Source: Takakia lepidozioides | Lineage: Eukaryota; Plantae; Bryophyta | Length of the DNA stretch: 64,000 nucleotides | Direction: 5' to 3' | Assembly: GCA_030704615.1 (NCBI GenBank) | Contig: CM060731.1 | Location: 6,758,001 to 6,822,000 of the forward strand | Shown: positions 36,516 through 49,124 of the stretch, piece by piece | Layout of the letters: each line of letters begins with the position of its first letter | Position numbering within the stretch: position 1 is the stretch's first letter | Notes under the pieces: model-generated | What the model saw: only the letters and a program-made list of their open reading frames with translations | Databases searched by the model: none | What the model was told of the DNA's origin: nothing | Made by a program: the position numbers and the translations under genes

Positions 36516-38330
36516 GGACCATGCAGTGATTTGAGCATTCTGATTTTCGAATCTGCCTTCAAACATGATTTCGTTGCCCTCGGGGTCCGAAGCCTCAACC
36601 TCCAACAAGAGTATTAGACTTCAAATAGGCTCTACTTGTCGTCGCACGGGGTTCAGACGAGGAAGCATGCGTCGCATTGGTGGCCCGTCGTCCCGAGAAC
36701 TTCGTCGTTAAGGTTTAGAAAGTCGAAACGGCTGGTCTGGTAGTTGTGTAAGCGATAGCTCCAATGTATCCGATTCTTGTAACTCCATGTTGCTAATACA
36801 AGATGCAAGAGTGCTTGAAGTGTAGCCATATATACTGATGTGTGGTGCTTCCTCTCTTTAGCGTGTATCAAGTACACTTGAAGCTAACTTGACTGATATC
36901 ATCGTTGTGACGATTTATTGACGTGTGGCTCGAGGCTTAGCTGGATATCGTTGATGAAAGTCTTGAACTTTGTCAGGTGCATTGATAAGATTGGTTGACG
37001 GTTCCCACGTGCGTTCGCTAATGTCGTAGTCTTTTCAATGTACGAAATACACAAAACATCCATACTTGATGCGACAGTCTAGGACTTCGTCGATTTTATA
37101 CTCGATTTCATGATTGACTTCAATTGGTGGAGGTGGTACAGAAACTCTCATATGGATACTTGAGTGATGATACAACTCTAATAATGAGACATAGAAGACT
37201 TGGTGGATGCGCATACTTCGTGGGAGTTCAAGCCGAAAACTGCCCGGATTAATTTGACAAATAATTTTGAATAGTCCCAGGCGTTGATAATCCAACTTCC
37301 TTGATGGTCGTGAGGTTTGTATGTTTCGTCGAAGGAGCCATACACAATCTCCGACCTTGAACTTGGGTTGAAGTTGTCGATGTTGATCTGCATACTCCTT
37401 GTATTGTTTTTGAGCTTCGGCTAGTTGGAATGTAAGCTCATTGTGAATCATAGCAAGATAAGTAGCAAGGTTTTCTGCATCAGGGCTTCCGACAATCTCC
37501 ATGTAGAGAGGGTTGGCTCGAGGGTGATGACCATAATTGGAGAAAAATGGAGTTTGCTTCGTTGATGAATGTGTAGTGTTGTTGTAGGCAAACTCAGCCA
37601 ATGCAAAAATGTCCGTCCAATTATCCTATTGATAATTTATCGTATATCGATATTATTCCAAAATCTGATTTATGCGTTCGGTTGGACCATCAATCTGCGG
37701 ATGATAGGTTGTCGAGATATTGATCTTGATATTCAATATTTGAAATAATCATCTCTAAAAAATTGATATGAATTGTGGTCCTCGATCAAATACGATGTCA
37801 TCCGGGAGCCCATGAATGTGGTAAATGTTGTTGAGAAAGAGTTTTGTCATTTCTTCACTTGTAACCATCTTGTTACATGAAATGAAATGTGTCATCTTCG
37901 TGAAACGATCTACGATAACAAAGATTGAATCATGGGTGTTCGAAAATGGAAGGTCTGTAATAAAGTCCATTGATAAGGACAACCATTGACACTTGGGAAT
38001 GGGTAATGGTTGAAGAAGGCCGTAAAGTCGATGTCGTGGTCCCTTCGCTCTAGCACACGTGCCGCAAGATTTTATAAATTCTTTCACCAATTTCCACATT
38101 TGCGGCCACCAATAGTCCTTGAATATCAATTCGATTGTCTTATTGAAGCCAAAATGTCCCGCAGTCGGAAAATCATGACGTGTTTGAAGAATCCGAAGTC
38201 GTGTAGTCTTCTGAGGTACATAGAGAAGTCCCTTGAAATAAAGCAAATCATCTTTAAATTCGAAGTCGTTTGTAACATGAAGGTTGTCTCGAGGTCGATT
38301 TAGTTGACTTCGTAGTGTCTTAGCAAATCC
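36516..38330 (-). mobile_element. Family-2 gypsy fragment (integrase, chromodomain, 3' region)
   Basis: ORFs 37755-38246 (HHCC, SMDFITDLP) and 37035-37601 (EFAYNN, SRKLDYQRLG). Confidence 0.9.
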
Positions 38331-38537
38331 ACCTTTTGATCAATGCATCATCATCGCAGATGTATGATTTTTCATTTTCGATATATTTTCCACATTTGTG
38401 CCACCAATTAAATATCTGGATATCAATTCAATTGTTTTGTGAACCCACAAAAGTCCTACAGAGGGGGGGGGAGGGAGATCCTTGACGTGGTTTGTTGGGA
38501 ATTTCGGAAAAGTAGTAGTAGAGTAGAGTAGTGTAAA

Positions 38538-41500
38538 TGTCGCGGCCCTTTGCCTTGAGGGCGGGGGGGGGGGGGGGTGGTGGGAATCACAGGAGGGCTG
38601 CCCCTGTGGTGGGGGCGCGGCCTGGCCAGCGATAGGTTGGGGGGCTGAAGCACCCTGAGGTGTCCCAAGGCACTCAGGAGGCGGAGGCGCTCACTAGGTG
38701 GAGCCCTGCACACCGGGTTGCGGGGGGTGGCTCCAAAGGGGTGGTGGTAGCTAGCGGGTCTAGTGGGGGTGGCATAGGACTCACCATAGGGCGGAGACCT
38801 CGTGGGGGAGTCGTGGGAGTCTTGGGACTCATCACGGCCCAAGGGGTCGTGGTTGAGAGGGCCAGACCACCGCGACTCACCACCGGAGTCGAGGGTCTTC
38901 GTGGTGGTTCGCCATAAAATGACATGGCTGGTTGTGAAACCCGCGGACAGCTACAGAAGTATATATGGGAGTAGTAGTAACCCGAGACTGGTGCATGAAA
39001 GCCCGTTGGGTCACAAAAAAGAGTGAGTAAGCAAGCGAGCCCGGAAAGCGACCAAAGAGTAGGGAGCTGTTCCGGACTGCCATCTACCAAAGGGAATTCC
39101 ACTAGGCCCAATAGGTGGAGGGTCCTTTCGGGGAGCGAAGGGGGACCGTTATGTCCCGGTGAGCAGCCGAAGCTCCGAGTTGGCCCGGCGGCCAGGTTGG
39201 GAGTCAGGCGCGCGCATAAAAGTGAGTAAACTATGACTTGAAGGGGAGATTACCGAAGTGAGGTGCGCGACACTTGGTAACAGAGCCTAGAGTTCAGTAC
39301 GCGATCGTCCTTGGGATTGGCCTCATCATGGGGTCGTGCAAAGCCAAAGCGAAAGCGGAACGGCCCAAAAGATGATGACCCTGGTGAGCCCGATGGGGGC
39401 GACGTGTCACCGAGGCGGCCGTTTGCGGAAGCGATGCATGCTTCTGAAAATGAGGCCGCGCAGAGCGGGAGAAATCGAGGAGTCGGAGCCCGAGGAATCC
39501 TTGAGAGCTCCGAACAACCAACAAGATGCCCCCCATGCCGGCAGCCTTTTGGGAAGGGTTGCTGGCGCAGTTTGGCGGGACATTGAAAGACGTGTTGAAG
39601 GCGGCTAACGCCACTTCCCACTAAGGCGAAGTTTAAGGTGAAGCCTAAGGAACCCGGCACCTTGATGGCGTCCGAAATCGGAAGGCACTCAACACCTGGC
39701 TCTTGGAGAAGAGCAGTACTTTCGGGCGGCCAAGTTGAGTGACGAGGATCGGGTGGAAGTGGCTCCCACCTATTTGAGGGGCTATTGCTCAACAATGGTG
39801 GCAGAAACGCCTTCACGACCGAGGTCCAAGCCCGAGAAACCTTGAGCTGGAGTAGTGGTCAAGGAATTGATGAAGAGACAGTTTGTGCCCTCAACGCGTC
39901 CTGGCTCGCCCGGGACAAGATGAGGAATTTGAAGCAAACAGATGACATTCGGGGATATGTTCGGGCTTTCAATGTGCTGTTGCTCGAAGTCGCGGACATG
40001 GCAGAACCAGAAATGGTCTTCAACGTTTGTGGCGGGACTGGCCCCATGGGCCAGGCGGAAGTTGGAGGAGAAGCCACCCAAGACTTTGAACGAGGCTATT
40101 GAGAGGGCTGAATGTTTCTCAGATGTCCCTAGGGGTGAAAGACAAGGCCGTACGGAAGCTGAACCACAAGAAGATTGGCGGGAAGGTGACTCCTCCCGAC
40201 CGGAAAAGAAGTGGGATAGGCCACGCGGCGAAAATGGCACGTGGAAATCGAAGGGAGGCCTTCACACGTCAAGGCGGCACCCGTGCTTCAAAAGGAAAAG
40301 CGGGTGGACGGTTTGGCTTATGGCGGACAGAAGGCACCTTTGATGGAGTGTGTTTTCAATTGCAGGGAGCCCGGGCACATGGCCCAGAAGAAGGCACAAA
40401 ACCTCGACATTGAACATGACTCGGGCAACCACGGAGCTGTCGGAAGATACCATCAGTCACTTGGGGAGCGGTGGTGGTCGCCAGGACTTGCAAGGTAGGC
40501 AAAATTTTCTTGTGAGTTGTATCAGGGAACCTGGCGCCTTACGAAACGAAAAGGGAGTCAATTATTGTTCGTGGATGGGATAATATCCGGAACTAATGTG
40601 TCGTTGTTGGTGGACACAGAGACGTCGCACTCCTTCATGACACCGGCAACGGCACAAAAAGCTGGGACTCCCGACAAGTGACGTGGGGGCCTCTATTGAG
40701 GTGCGTTCTGCCAAAGGAGAACCACAGTTGGCGACAGGTTGGCGATTGATGTTCCTCTTCAAACTGGGGAGTTGGGAGGGACGTGAGAACTTCACCATCT
40801 GCGAGATCGATGGAGTGGATCTCATTTTGGGGATGACCTTTTTGAGCAAATCCGGAGCGGTCATAGATGGCCGCAAGAGGTAGTCACGCTGCCATGTGGG
40901 AATGGTGGCGAGGTTTTACGAGTGTCAGAAACGCCCAAATCCGTGGGAGGGCGAATAAACCTTCTGTCAGCAAGGGAGGGGCCGTGGAGGAGACCCACGA
41001 ATCCCAGTTTTTGCTTTACATAGAGAAGTGAAGGGAGAAGGCGATGGGGAGACCGAGCCCAGATTGGATCAAGGGGATTTTGGAGAAATACCAGGATGTG
41101 ATGCCGGAGGATTTACCAAGCGGCTTGCCACCGCGAAGAGGAGTTGACCACAAGATTGAGGTGATACCGGGAACGAAACCGCTTGCCAAGGCACCCCTAC
41201 CGTTAAGCCACAGGGAGTTGGTCGAGCTGAAGACTCAGCTCAAGGATCTAATGTCAAAGGGGTACATCCGGTCCGAGTAAGTCACCTTACGGAGCCCCGG
41301 TGCTATTCGCAGACAAGAAGGATGGGACGCTGCGGATGGTGTGTGTCGATTACAGGGCTCTGAATAAGGTGACTATCAAAAACCGGTACCCTTTGCCAAG
41401 GATCGACGACCTCTTCGATCGGTTGGCAGGAGCGAAGTATTTCAGCCGGATCGACTTGCGCTCCGGCTATCATCAAATTCGGGTGGCGGAAGGAGATGAG

Positions 41501-44500
41501 GAGAAGACCGCGTGCAGGACAAGGTATGGTTATATGAGTTCTTGGTGATGCTTTTGGGCTCACCAATGCACCAGCGACATTTAGCACGCTGATGAACAGC
41601 CTTTTCCAGGAGTGGTTGGATGACTTTGTGATCGTGTACATCGACGACATCTTGGTGTACTCGAAACAAAGGAGGAGCACCTGGAGCACCTCAAAAGGGT
41701 GTTCCAAAAATTGCGAGAAGGGAAGCTGTATGCCAAAGCTTCAAGTGCGAATTCGGGGTCACAAAAGTGGAGTTCCTGGGGCATGTGATTACACAGGATG
41801 GGATCAAAATGGATGACAGAAAGGTGAGGGCGATCTTGGACTAGGAGCCTCCGACTTCGGTCCCGGGAGTGCGATCCTTCCTAGGACTCGCCTCCTATTA
41901 CCGGAAGTATGTGAGAAATTTTGCCAAGATCGCGGGGCCGCTGTCGGACCTTCTGTGTAAATCTAAAGTCTGGGCATGGAACACCTTTGTGGCCAAGCTT
42001 TTGCTGAATTGAAGCAGCGGATGGCGGAAGCTCCAGTCTTGAAAATCCCGAGTTCGATGTCCATTTGAGATTCATACAGATGCGTCGGACTTCGCGATTG
42101 GGGGTGTACTTATGCAAGATGGACGTCCAGTGGCTTACGAAAGTAAGAAATTGAATGAAGTGGAGCGACGGTGGCCGACGCACGAAAAGAGATGAAGGCG
42201 GTGGTGCATTGCCTTGAGCTTTGGCGCCACTATGTTGGTTCCAACCAAGTGAAGGTGTTCACGGACAATGTCACAGTGAAGTATTTTGCCACGCAGCCCA
42301 AGTTGTCCCAAAAACAACTTAGGTGGCAAGATACTTTGGCGGTGTTCGACGTGGATATCCAGTACAAACGGGACGGGACAATGTGGTGGCCGATGCTTTA
42401 AGTAGAAAGCAGCAGCTCTTGTTGGTGTACAAGGGCGAGTCGGCACTCCAAAGGAAGATCCGGAAGGCTTGCCGGAAGGATGAGCTGGCGAAGTCCGTGA
42501 TGCAGGACTTGAGGATGGGGGTTAAATCGCAGTTCCACTTGCAAAATGGACTGCTCCGGTATAAGCAAAAAAAACGTCTCTACGTGCCAAAGGGAGGGAT
42601 CAGAGATAGCCTCTTGAGAGAATGTCATGATAGCCCGCTTGCGGGCACGCGGAGCCAAGCGCACTGCGGCACTCTGAAGAAGAAAGGGTATTTCTGGCCC
42701 AAACTGAGGGAGGAGGCAGAGGAGTATGTCAAGACATGCACACCACATGCCAACAAAACCGGAGCGAGTACAAAAAGCAAGCGGGGCTGTTACAAACCCT
42801 TGCCGATTCCAGAGGGGACTTGGGAAAGCGTCTCGATGGATTTCATGACTGCTATGCCGCTGTCAAAAGGATTCGATGCAATCATGGGGTGGTGGATAGG
42901 TTCAGTAAAATGGGCCATTTCATCCCCACCAAGGAGACGGCAACGGGCGCAGGAGGAGACAGGACGACTTTACTTCGCCCACGTCTTAAAGCATCATGGA
43001 GTCCCGAAGGATATTGTCTCGGATCGCGATCCAAAGTTTACGAGTAAATTTTGGAGGAGCACTTTGGAAGAAGATGGGGACGAGGCTGAAGATGAGCACC
43101 GCCTTCCGACCTACGACGGACGGCCAAACGGAAAGAGTGAATTCCGTAGTGAAGCAATTCTTGCGGAATTACGTGTCGGCAGACCAATCAGACTGGATGG
43201 AACACTTAGACGCGGCAGAGTTCTGTTATAATAACACAGAACACTCCGCAACGGAGTTTCCCCTTTCGTATTGGTCTATGGAAAAGCACCTCTGGTGCCG
43301 ACAAGTTGGGCCGCCCAGGACGTTGAGGAACCGGAAGTAGCGGCGGTACTGGAAGAACGCGAGCGTTTGTTGAAGCTCGCAAAGTACAATATTGCCAAAG
43401 CTAGGAAACGGTATGAAAGGCAGGCGAATCGGAAGCGGAGGGAAGTGAAGTTTGAGGCAGGCACAGAGGTCTGGTTGAACATCAAGAATTTCCGACTACC
43501 TCCGGAAGTGAGTCCGAAGTTCGTACCTCCGTATGCGGGACCCTTTCGCATTCGGAAGGTTATGAATGAGGATGTGTATGAATTGGAGCTGCCAAAAACA
43601 GCAAGGTGCACCAGTATTCCATGTCTCCCTTTTGAAGCCTTACTTCAAAGATGAAGCGCGTCCGAATCGGCATCAAGTGTTGCGTCCGCCACCTATGCTG
43701 TTGGATCATGAAAATGAACCTGAGTACGAGGTGGAGGCAATACTTAAGTCGAGGAGGTTCAGGAATCGAGAAACGGAGTATCTCGTCAAATGGAAGGGCT
43801 ATCATCATGTGGAGGCATCTTGGGTGCGTGCCTCAGAAATGGGAAACGCATCCGAGGCGGTTGCAGCTTTCGAAGGGCGACCTCAAAAGCGGAAGAAGCG
43901 TTGATGGGGACATCAACCTTGGAGCGTGGGGGAGGAAATGCATGCTTAGCCCGGCTTAGCTAGCTTAGGAATCCGATTGCAAAAACTTGTATTGTACAAA
44001 ACGTGCTATAAATGAAATGGATTCCAAATGTTGTGCGTCCTATTTTGTTTGGATGGTGATGCATGGTATGGTTGGCTAGTGTGTAGAATGCATGCTAGCT
44101 TATAAAGTGGGAGAGGTAAATTGGGTTAATCGTGTGTTTGCGTAGTGCCGAAATCGGGTGACCCCCATCCAAGGGGCAAGGAAACTTGCGCCTTCTTTGG
44201 GAGTTCACGTGCTAGTGCGCACCTGGCGCGTGGCCGTACTATAATTGCGCTACCGAGGGGGTTGCCTTGTAGTGCGGGCTAATGCGGAAGCTACGTGCTT
44301 CCGTTCACGTACTATAATCGTGTAGCCTCGGGACGAAGTCGTAGTGCGGCTTCGGCGTGTTCCCGTACCTGAGGCCAGCATTCCAAGGCGGACCCAATTG
44401 TAGTGATTGGGGCGCACGGTTGGTTCAAGGTTATCTTCCTAGTCAAAGAGGGTTCCAGGGAACCCTTGCTCAAGATGATGCCAAAAGCGGCATCATGAGC

Positions 44501-45528
44501 GGTCGCAAGCAATGTTGTTGTAGTAAGGCGATTTGATCCTCGGGGAGGATCGTTCCTTGGCCTTCAAGTAGGCCAAGAAGAGTGCACTGGGAGGAGCTTG
44601 AGAGGCTCCACCCTTGGCCGGGACTTGGAGGAAGCCGGCCGAACTAGCTAGTGGAGAGTAGAGTCAAGTGTGGGGTTTGGTTCTTTGCCATGGGACGCCA
44701 TGGTGCGGAAACAAACTCCTTGATGTGGGACGCCACAACTTGGATGTTCGTTTCTACAAAATGGACAAGTCGATGAGGACATCGACTCCCTGTTGGTAGG
44801 GGTGTGTGTCGCGGCCCTTTGCCTTGAGGGCAGGGGGTCGGGACACATGAGGGGCTGCCCCTGTGGTGGGGGCAGCGGCAACGATAGGTATGGGGGCTGA
44901 AGCACCCTTGAGTGCCCAAGGCACTCAGGGAGCGGAGGCGCTCACTAGGTGGAGCCCCGCACACCGGGTTGCGGTGTGGGGTGGCTCCACAAGGGGTGGT
45001 GGTAGCTTAGCGGGACTTAGTGGGGGTGGCATAGGACTCACCATGGGGGCGGAGACCCGTGGTGGGAGTCGTGGGGAGTCTTGGGACTCATCACGGCCCA
45101 ATGGGGCCGTGGTGAGAGGGCCAAGACTCACCGCGACTCACCACCGGGAGTCGAGGGTCTTCGTGGTGGTTCGCCATAAAATGGCATGGCTGGTTGTGAA
45201 ACCCCCGCGGACAGCTACAGAAGTATATATAGGGAGTAGTAACCCCGAGAACGGTGCAAGCCCGTTGTGTCCCAAAAACTAGTGAGTAAGCGAGCGAGCC
45301 GGAAAGCGACCAAAGAGTGGGGAGCTGTTCCGGACTGCCATCTACCAAAGGGAATTCCACTAGGCCCAAATAGTGGAGGGTCTTCGGGAGAGCGAAGGGG
45401 GACCGTTATGTCCCGGTGAGCAGCCGAAGCTCCGAGTTGGCCCGGCGGCCAGGTTGGGAGTCAGGCGCGCGCATCAAAGTGAGTAACTATGACTTGAAGG
45501 GGAGCTTACCGAAGTGAGGTGCGCAACA
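38538..45528 (+). mobile_element. Family-1 chromovirus copy B, full length, very indel-rich
   Basis: LTRs 38538-39272 and 44807-45528, 5-bp TSD GTAAA, PBS TGGTAACAGAGCC at 39275. Gag-pol 39328-43904 is broken by many 1-3 bp indels. Confidence 0.96.
39275..39287 (+). other. Primer-binding site, tRNA-iMet type with one mismatch
   Basis: TGGTAACAGAGCC versus the canonical TGGTATCAGAGC, 2 bp after the LTR end. Confidence 0.8.
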
Positions 45529-45533
45529 GTAAA

Positions 45534-48500
45534 TCAGGGAGGTACATACAAAAGTCATTTGAAATAGAGGCACCATCTGTATTGGAATTCATCTTTATTA
45601 CGTGGATTTTTTCGAGGTCGACTTAATTCACTTCATGGTGTCTTAGCAAATTAATCATTCTCCAGTTTCCTTCGAATGTCTCCTAGTATCAATGTATCAT
45701 CATATGTGGACATTGATAATGTATTAAATTGAAGATTTGTCAGTTTCAAAATGATGGATTTCTGTCGATCGAAAGTTGTTTCTCCTTCTTTTGAGGTAAT
45801 AACAAAATCAAACCTTGATAATGATATACTCCATCCGGTTTGACAACGATTCAAAACATGAGCACTTACAAAATACTCAAGGTTTTTATGATCGGCGTAG
45901 ACATTTGTTTTATGTTTAGCTCACTCCAATAGATGACGTCACTCCCCAAAAACATCGATGATCTTCAAAATTTCTTTGTCACGGATTTCGTGATTAATTT
46001 CTGCAGCAGAGAATTTTCGAGGCCGAAAATCAACAGGGTAAAATCAACCATTTGTACCGTATTGACAAAATATAGCGTCAATTGCAATTTACTTTGATGC
46101 ATTTACTTCCAAGAAGAATGGTTTGGATGGATCTGCATGTAGAAAAATTGAGGCGGTTGTAAGGACATGCTTCAACCTTTCAAATTGTCTGTTCAGCTTT
46201 CGCGTCCCAAACGAACTTGTCGTCATCTTTGAGTCTCGTCAATGGTGCAACAATTTTGGAATAATCTTTGATGAAGATTCTGTAGAAATTTACGAATCCC
46301 AGAAACATCGTTCGTTTCGAGCTAAGGCTGGTCTAAACCACTCGATAAATGGTTTGTGTTTTTTTTTTCTGATCCATAGAGATTCATTTGTCAGAAATAA
46401 CGTAACCCAAAAATTTGACTTGGATGATAAAAAAGATATATTTTTTAATTTGGCATATAGTTCTCTCCTAATTTATCAAAGACAAAATGCTCATGGCGCC
46501 ATGTTTTTTTTCATTGTGCCAGAATATCAAAATGTCGTCCAAAACTCCAAAGTCATCTAAAAACTCCAAAAAAAATCATTTATCATATGTTTCCGGAGCA
46601 TTTGTAAGATGGAAAAGCATAATGTTGTATTCAAAATGTCCGTACCTTATGCGAAAGGCGATTTTTCATTCGTCTCATTTTATTATCGTACAAGGTTGAA
46701 AGCTAATATCAAGTCGATCTTTGTGAAAAAATTTGCTCGTCCAAGTTATTTGAGGAGTCTGAAAAGTAGCGGTAACGAATTTTTATGTTGATTTTGTTGA
46801 GCCCGTGATAATTTCCACATATGTAATGATTTTTTTAAAAAAACCGAATAAGATAGGCACCCCTGCAGGTGATTTCGCATATTGGATGAAATTTTACGAT
46901 AAATTTTCCTTCATATGCTCGCGTGGTGTAGTCAACTCTGTCTGAGATACATTATAAATTGGGCCGAATGGTGGCTGGGCTCATTCTTGTAATTCAATTG
47001 CACAATCATGAGGACAATACTCCAGTAACATGTTTGTATTTTTTTTTCTCAAAAATATCATTAAAATCTTGATATTGAGTGGGTAGTGCTTAAGTACCTT
47101 TGTCTATTGTTGTGTTGAACAAAGTTGCATAAATTGCAAATGTAATGTCTTTCTCTTGTTGCCCTCATGAAGGCTTTAGCCCCAAGAAATAGAGGTCGAA
47201 CATCCTTGGTAGTTTTACATTTCGCCTCGCAGATATTCTTCGCGATCGCTAGTCAATATCATGATTATTTATGTAGTACAAACGAGGGGAGTGAGATATC
47301 ATGATTTTGCATTCTAATTTCTACAGGAATTGTGAAACAAGGTACAGGGTATGGAGGTAAAAGTAGATTTTGTTTTTTTGTAAGGAATTGGTTGTATCCA
47401 GCCGCATGGTCTATACTTTGACTGGACATCTTCGTTTTTCGATCGTACTGTATTGAACGCTGGAGTTGCGCCCCAAGCTTTGAATCTGCTTTTGTTAGGG
47501 CAGACTTTTACTATGTGATCGGGTTCTCCACAATACAGACACAATCTATTTGAACGTCGTCATTGTTTTTTGTTTTTTGTTTTTTGTTTTTTTTTGTTTT
47601 TTTTGCATCAATGGCTTGAATCGAGTGACATGAATTATGATCATTGTCAAGTGTATGGTTAGTTGTCACGCTTGGTATCGTGGTAATAGCAACATGGTGT
47701 GTCGTATGGATCATTTTTTTGACGTCTTTCAAACAAACGGTTATTGCATGTAATGACTTGGGCGATGAATTCGCTTATGATGTTGATATTTGGCAAGTCA
47801 GCAATAGATCTTTTACATCATCTTTTAGCCCAGATCGAAACTGACTAATGAGGTTTTTTTCATTCCAATCGAGGTCGCACGCAAGTTATCAAAATATGGC
47901 AGTGTAAATAGAAGAAGAATGTGCTCATTGTCGTAGATTTCGCATCTTCGTCTTTGTCACTCTTTCCCTATCATTCTTTCCAAATGTTGCAGTGAACTTT
48001 GACACAAATGCTTTAAAATTGTTTAGCAAGTGTGAATTGCGAATTGATAGAGCAGTCCATAATATAAAGACGCACACGAATCCAACTTGGATACCTTCAT
48101 TCAGATAACGTTGTGGATGTAATCGTAGGAACGATCATATTTGTTGAACGAATCTGTGAAACTTTGATCTCATCCCATTAAATTTCTCGGGTTTGCTGAT
48201 ATTTGGTTCTCTTGTAATCTGTTGATGATGTACAGAAACCGTTGCAGTATGAGCTTGTATTGATGAAGATCCATTGTTTGACTTTTGTAACTCTAAAATT
48301 TGTTATTGCAAATTATTTACTGCGTTGCCGAGATCTTGAGATTTTAGTTGGGCTTATAGTTGGGCAGTAATGTTGCAAAGTTCTTGCATTCGGCTGAAGA
48401 CTCTGTAAAATTTTCGACAACTTTCGCAAATGTGTCTTCCATCTTGACTAACTAGGGGACAACGTAGTCTCGCCATACTGTCATAGACAAAAGACTAATC

Positions 48501-48979
48501 GTCGAATACAACGAACAAGACTAGACTGAACAATAAGACCGTGGTCCAAGCAAGACACGGTGCATGAGCAAGAATATTCAAAGATGAACTTTATATGGAA
48601 TAACAGAGTACATGACCAAGACCAAACGTAGAGTCTAAATTGTACGAAGACTTATGTTGGCGAGCTTGAGGTGTACCCAATCTCGTCTTTTGTATATAAA
48701 TTAGCTACTTATGAAGTGTCTTAAGAAGGAGTTTCTCCAATCAAATGACGTTTCTTGAGAAGTTTCTATAACTAGGGGATGTTTCCTAAGAAGCTTCATC
48801 ACCGCTATGAAGCCTTCTAGATGATTCAGATTTCTAGAAGGTTATGAAATATTCTGGAAAGTTATGAAAAGTGCTAAAAAATATTCTGAAATGTCTGGAA
48901 GGTTCTGGAATGTTTTGGATTGTAAGGTTCTAGAAGGTTCATACATTTTGCTAGATGTTTCTGGGCTATGTCTATGACT
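45534..48979 (-). mobile_element. Degenerate family-2 gypsy copy (5' LTR 48479-48979, gag, pol), host of copy B
   Basis: CLYCGEPDHIVKVC knuckle, RT and RNase H remnants, LTR homologous to 13575-14069. Confidence 0.88.
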
Positions 48980-49124
48980 CCATCATTTGGTGTTTGCATA
49001 GATTGTCGAAATGGACATATAAGGATGCTTTCAGTTTGTCTATCGACGGTCGCTTCCATATACTCGACAGTGTAACACTATAAACATGCTTGAGAACCTA
49101 CAGTACGATTTGCAACACAATGAC

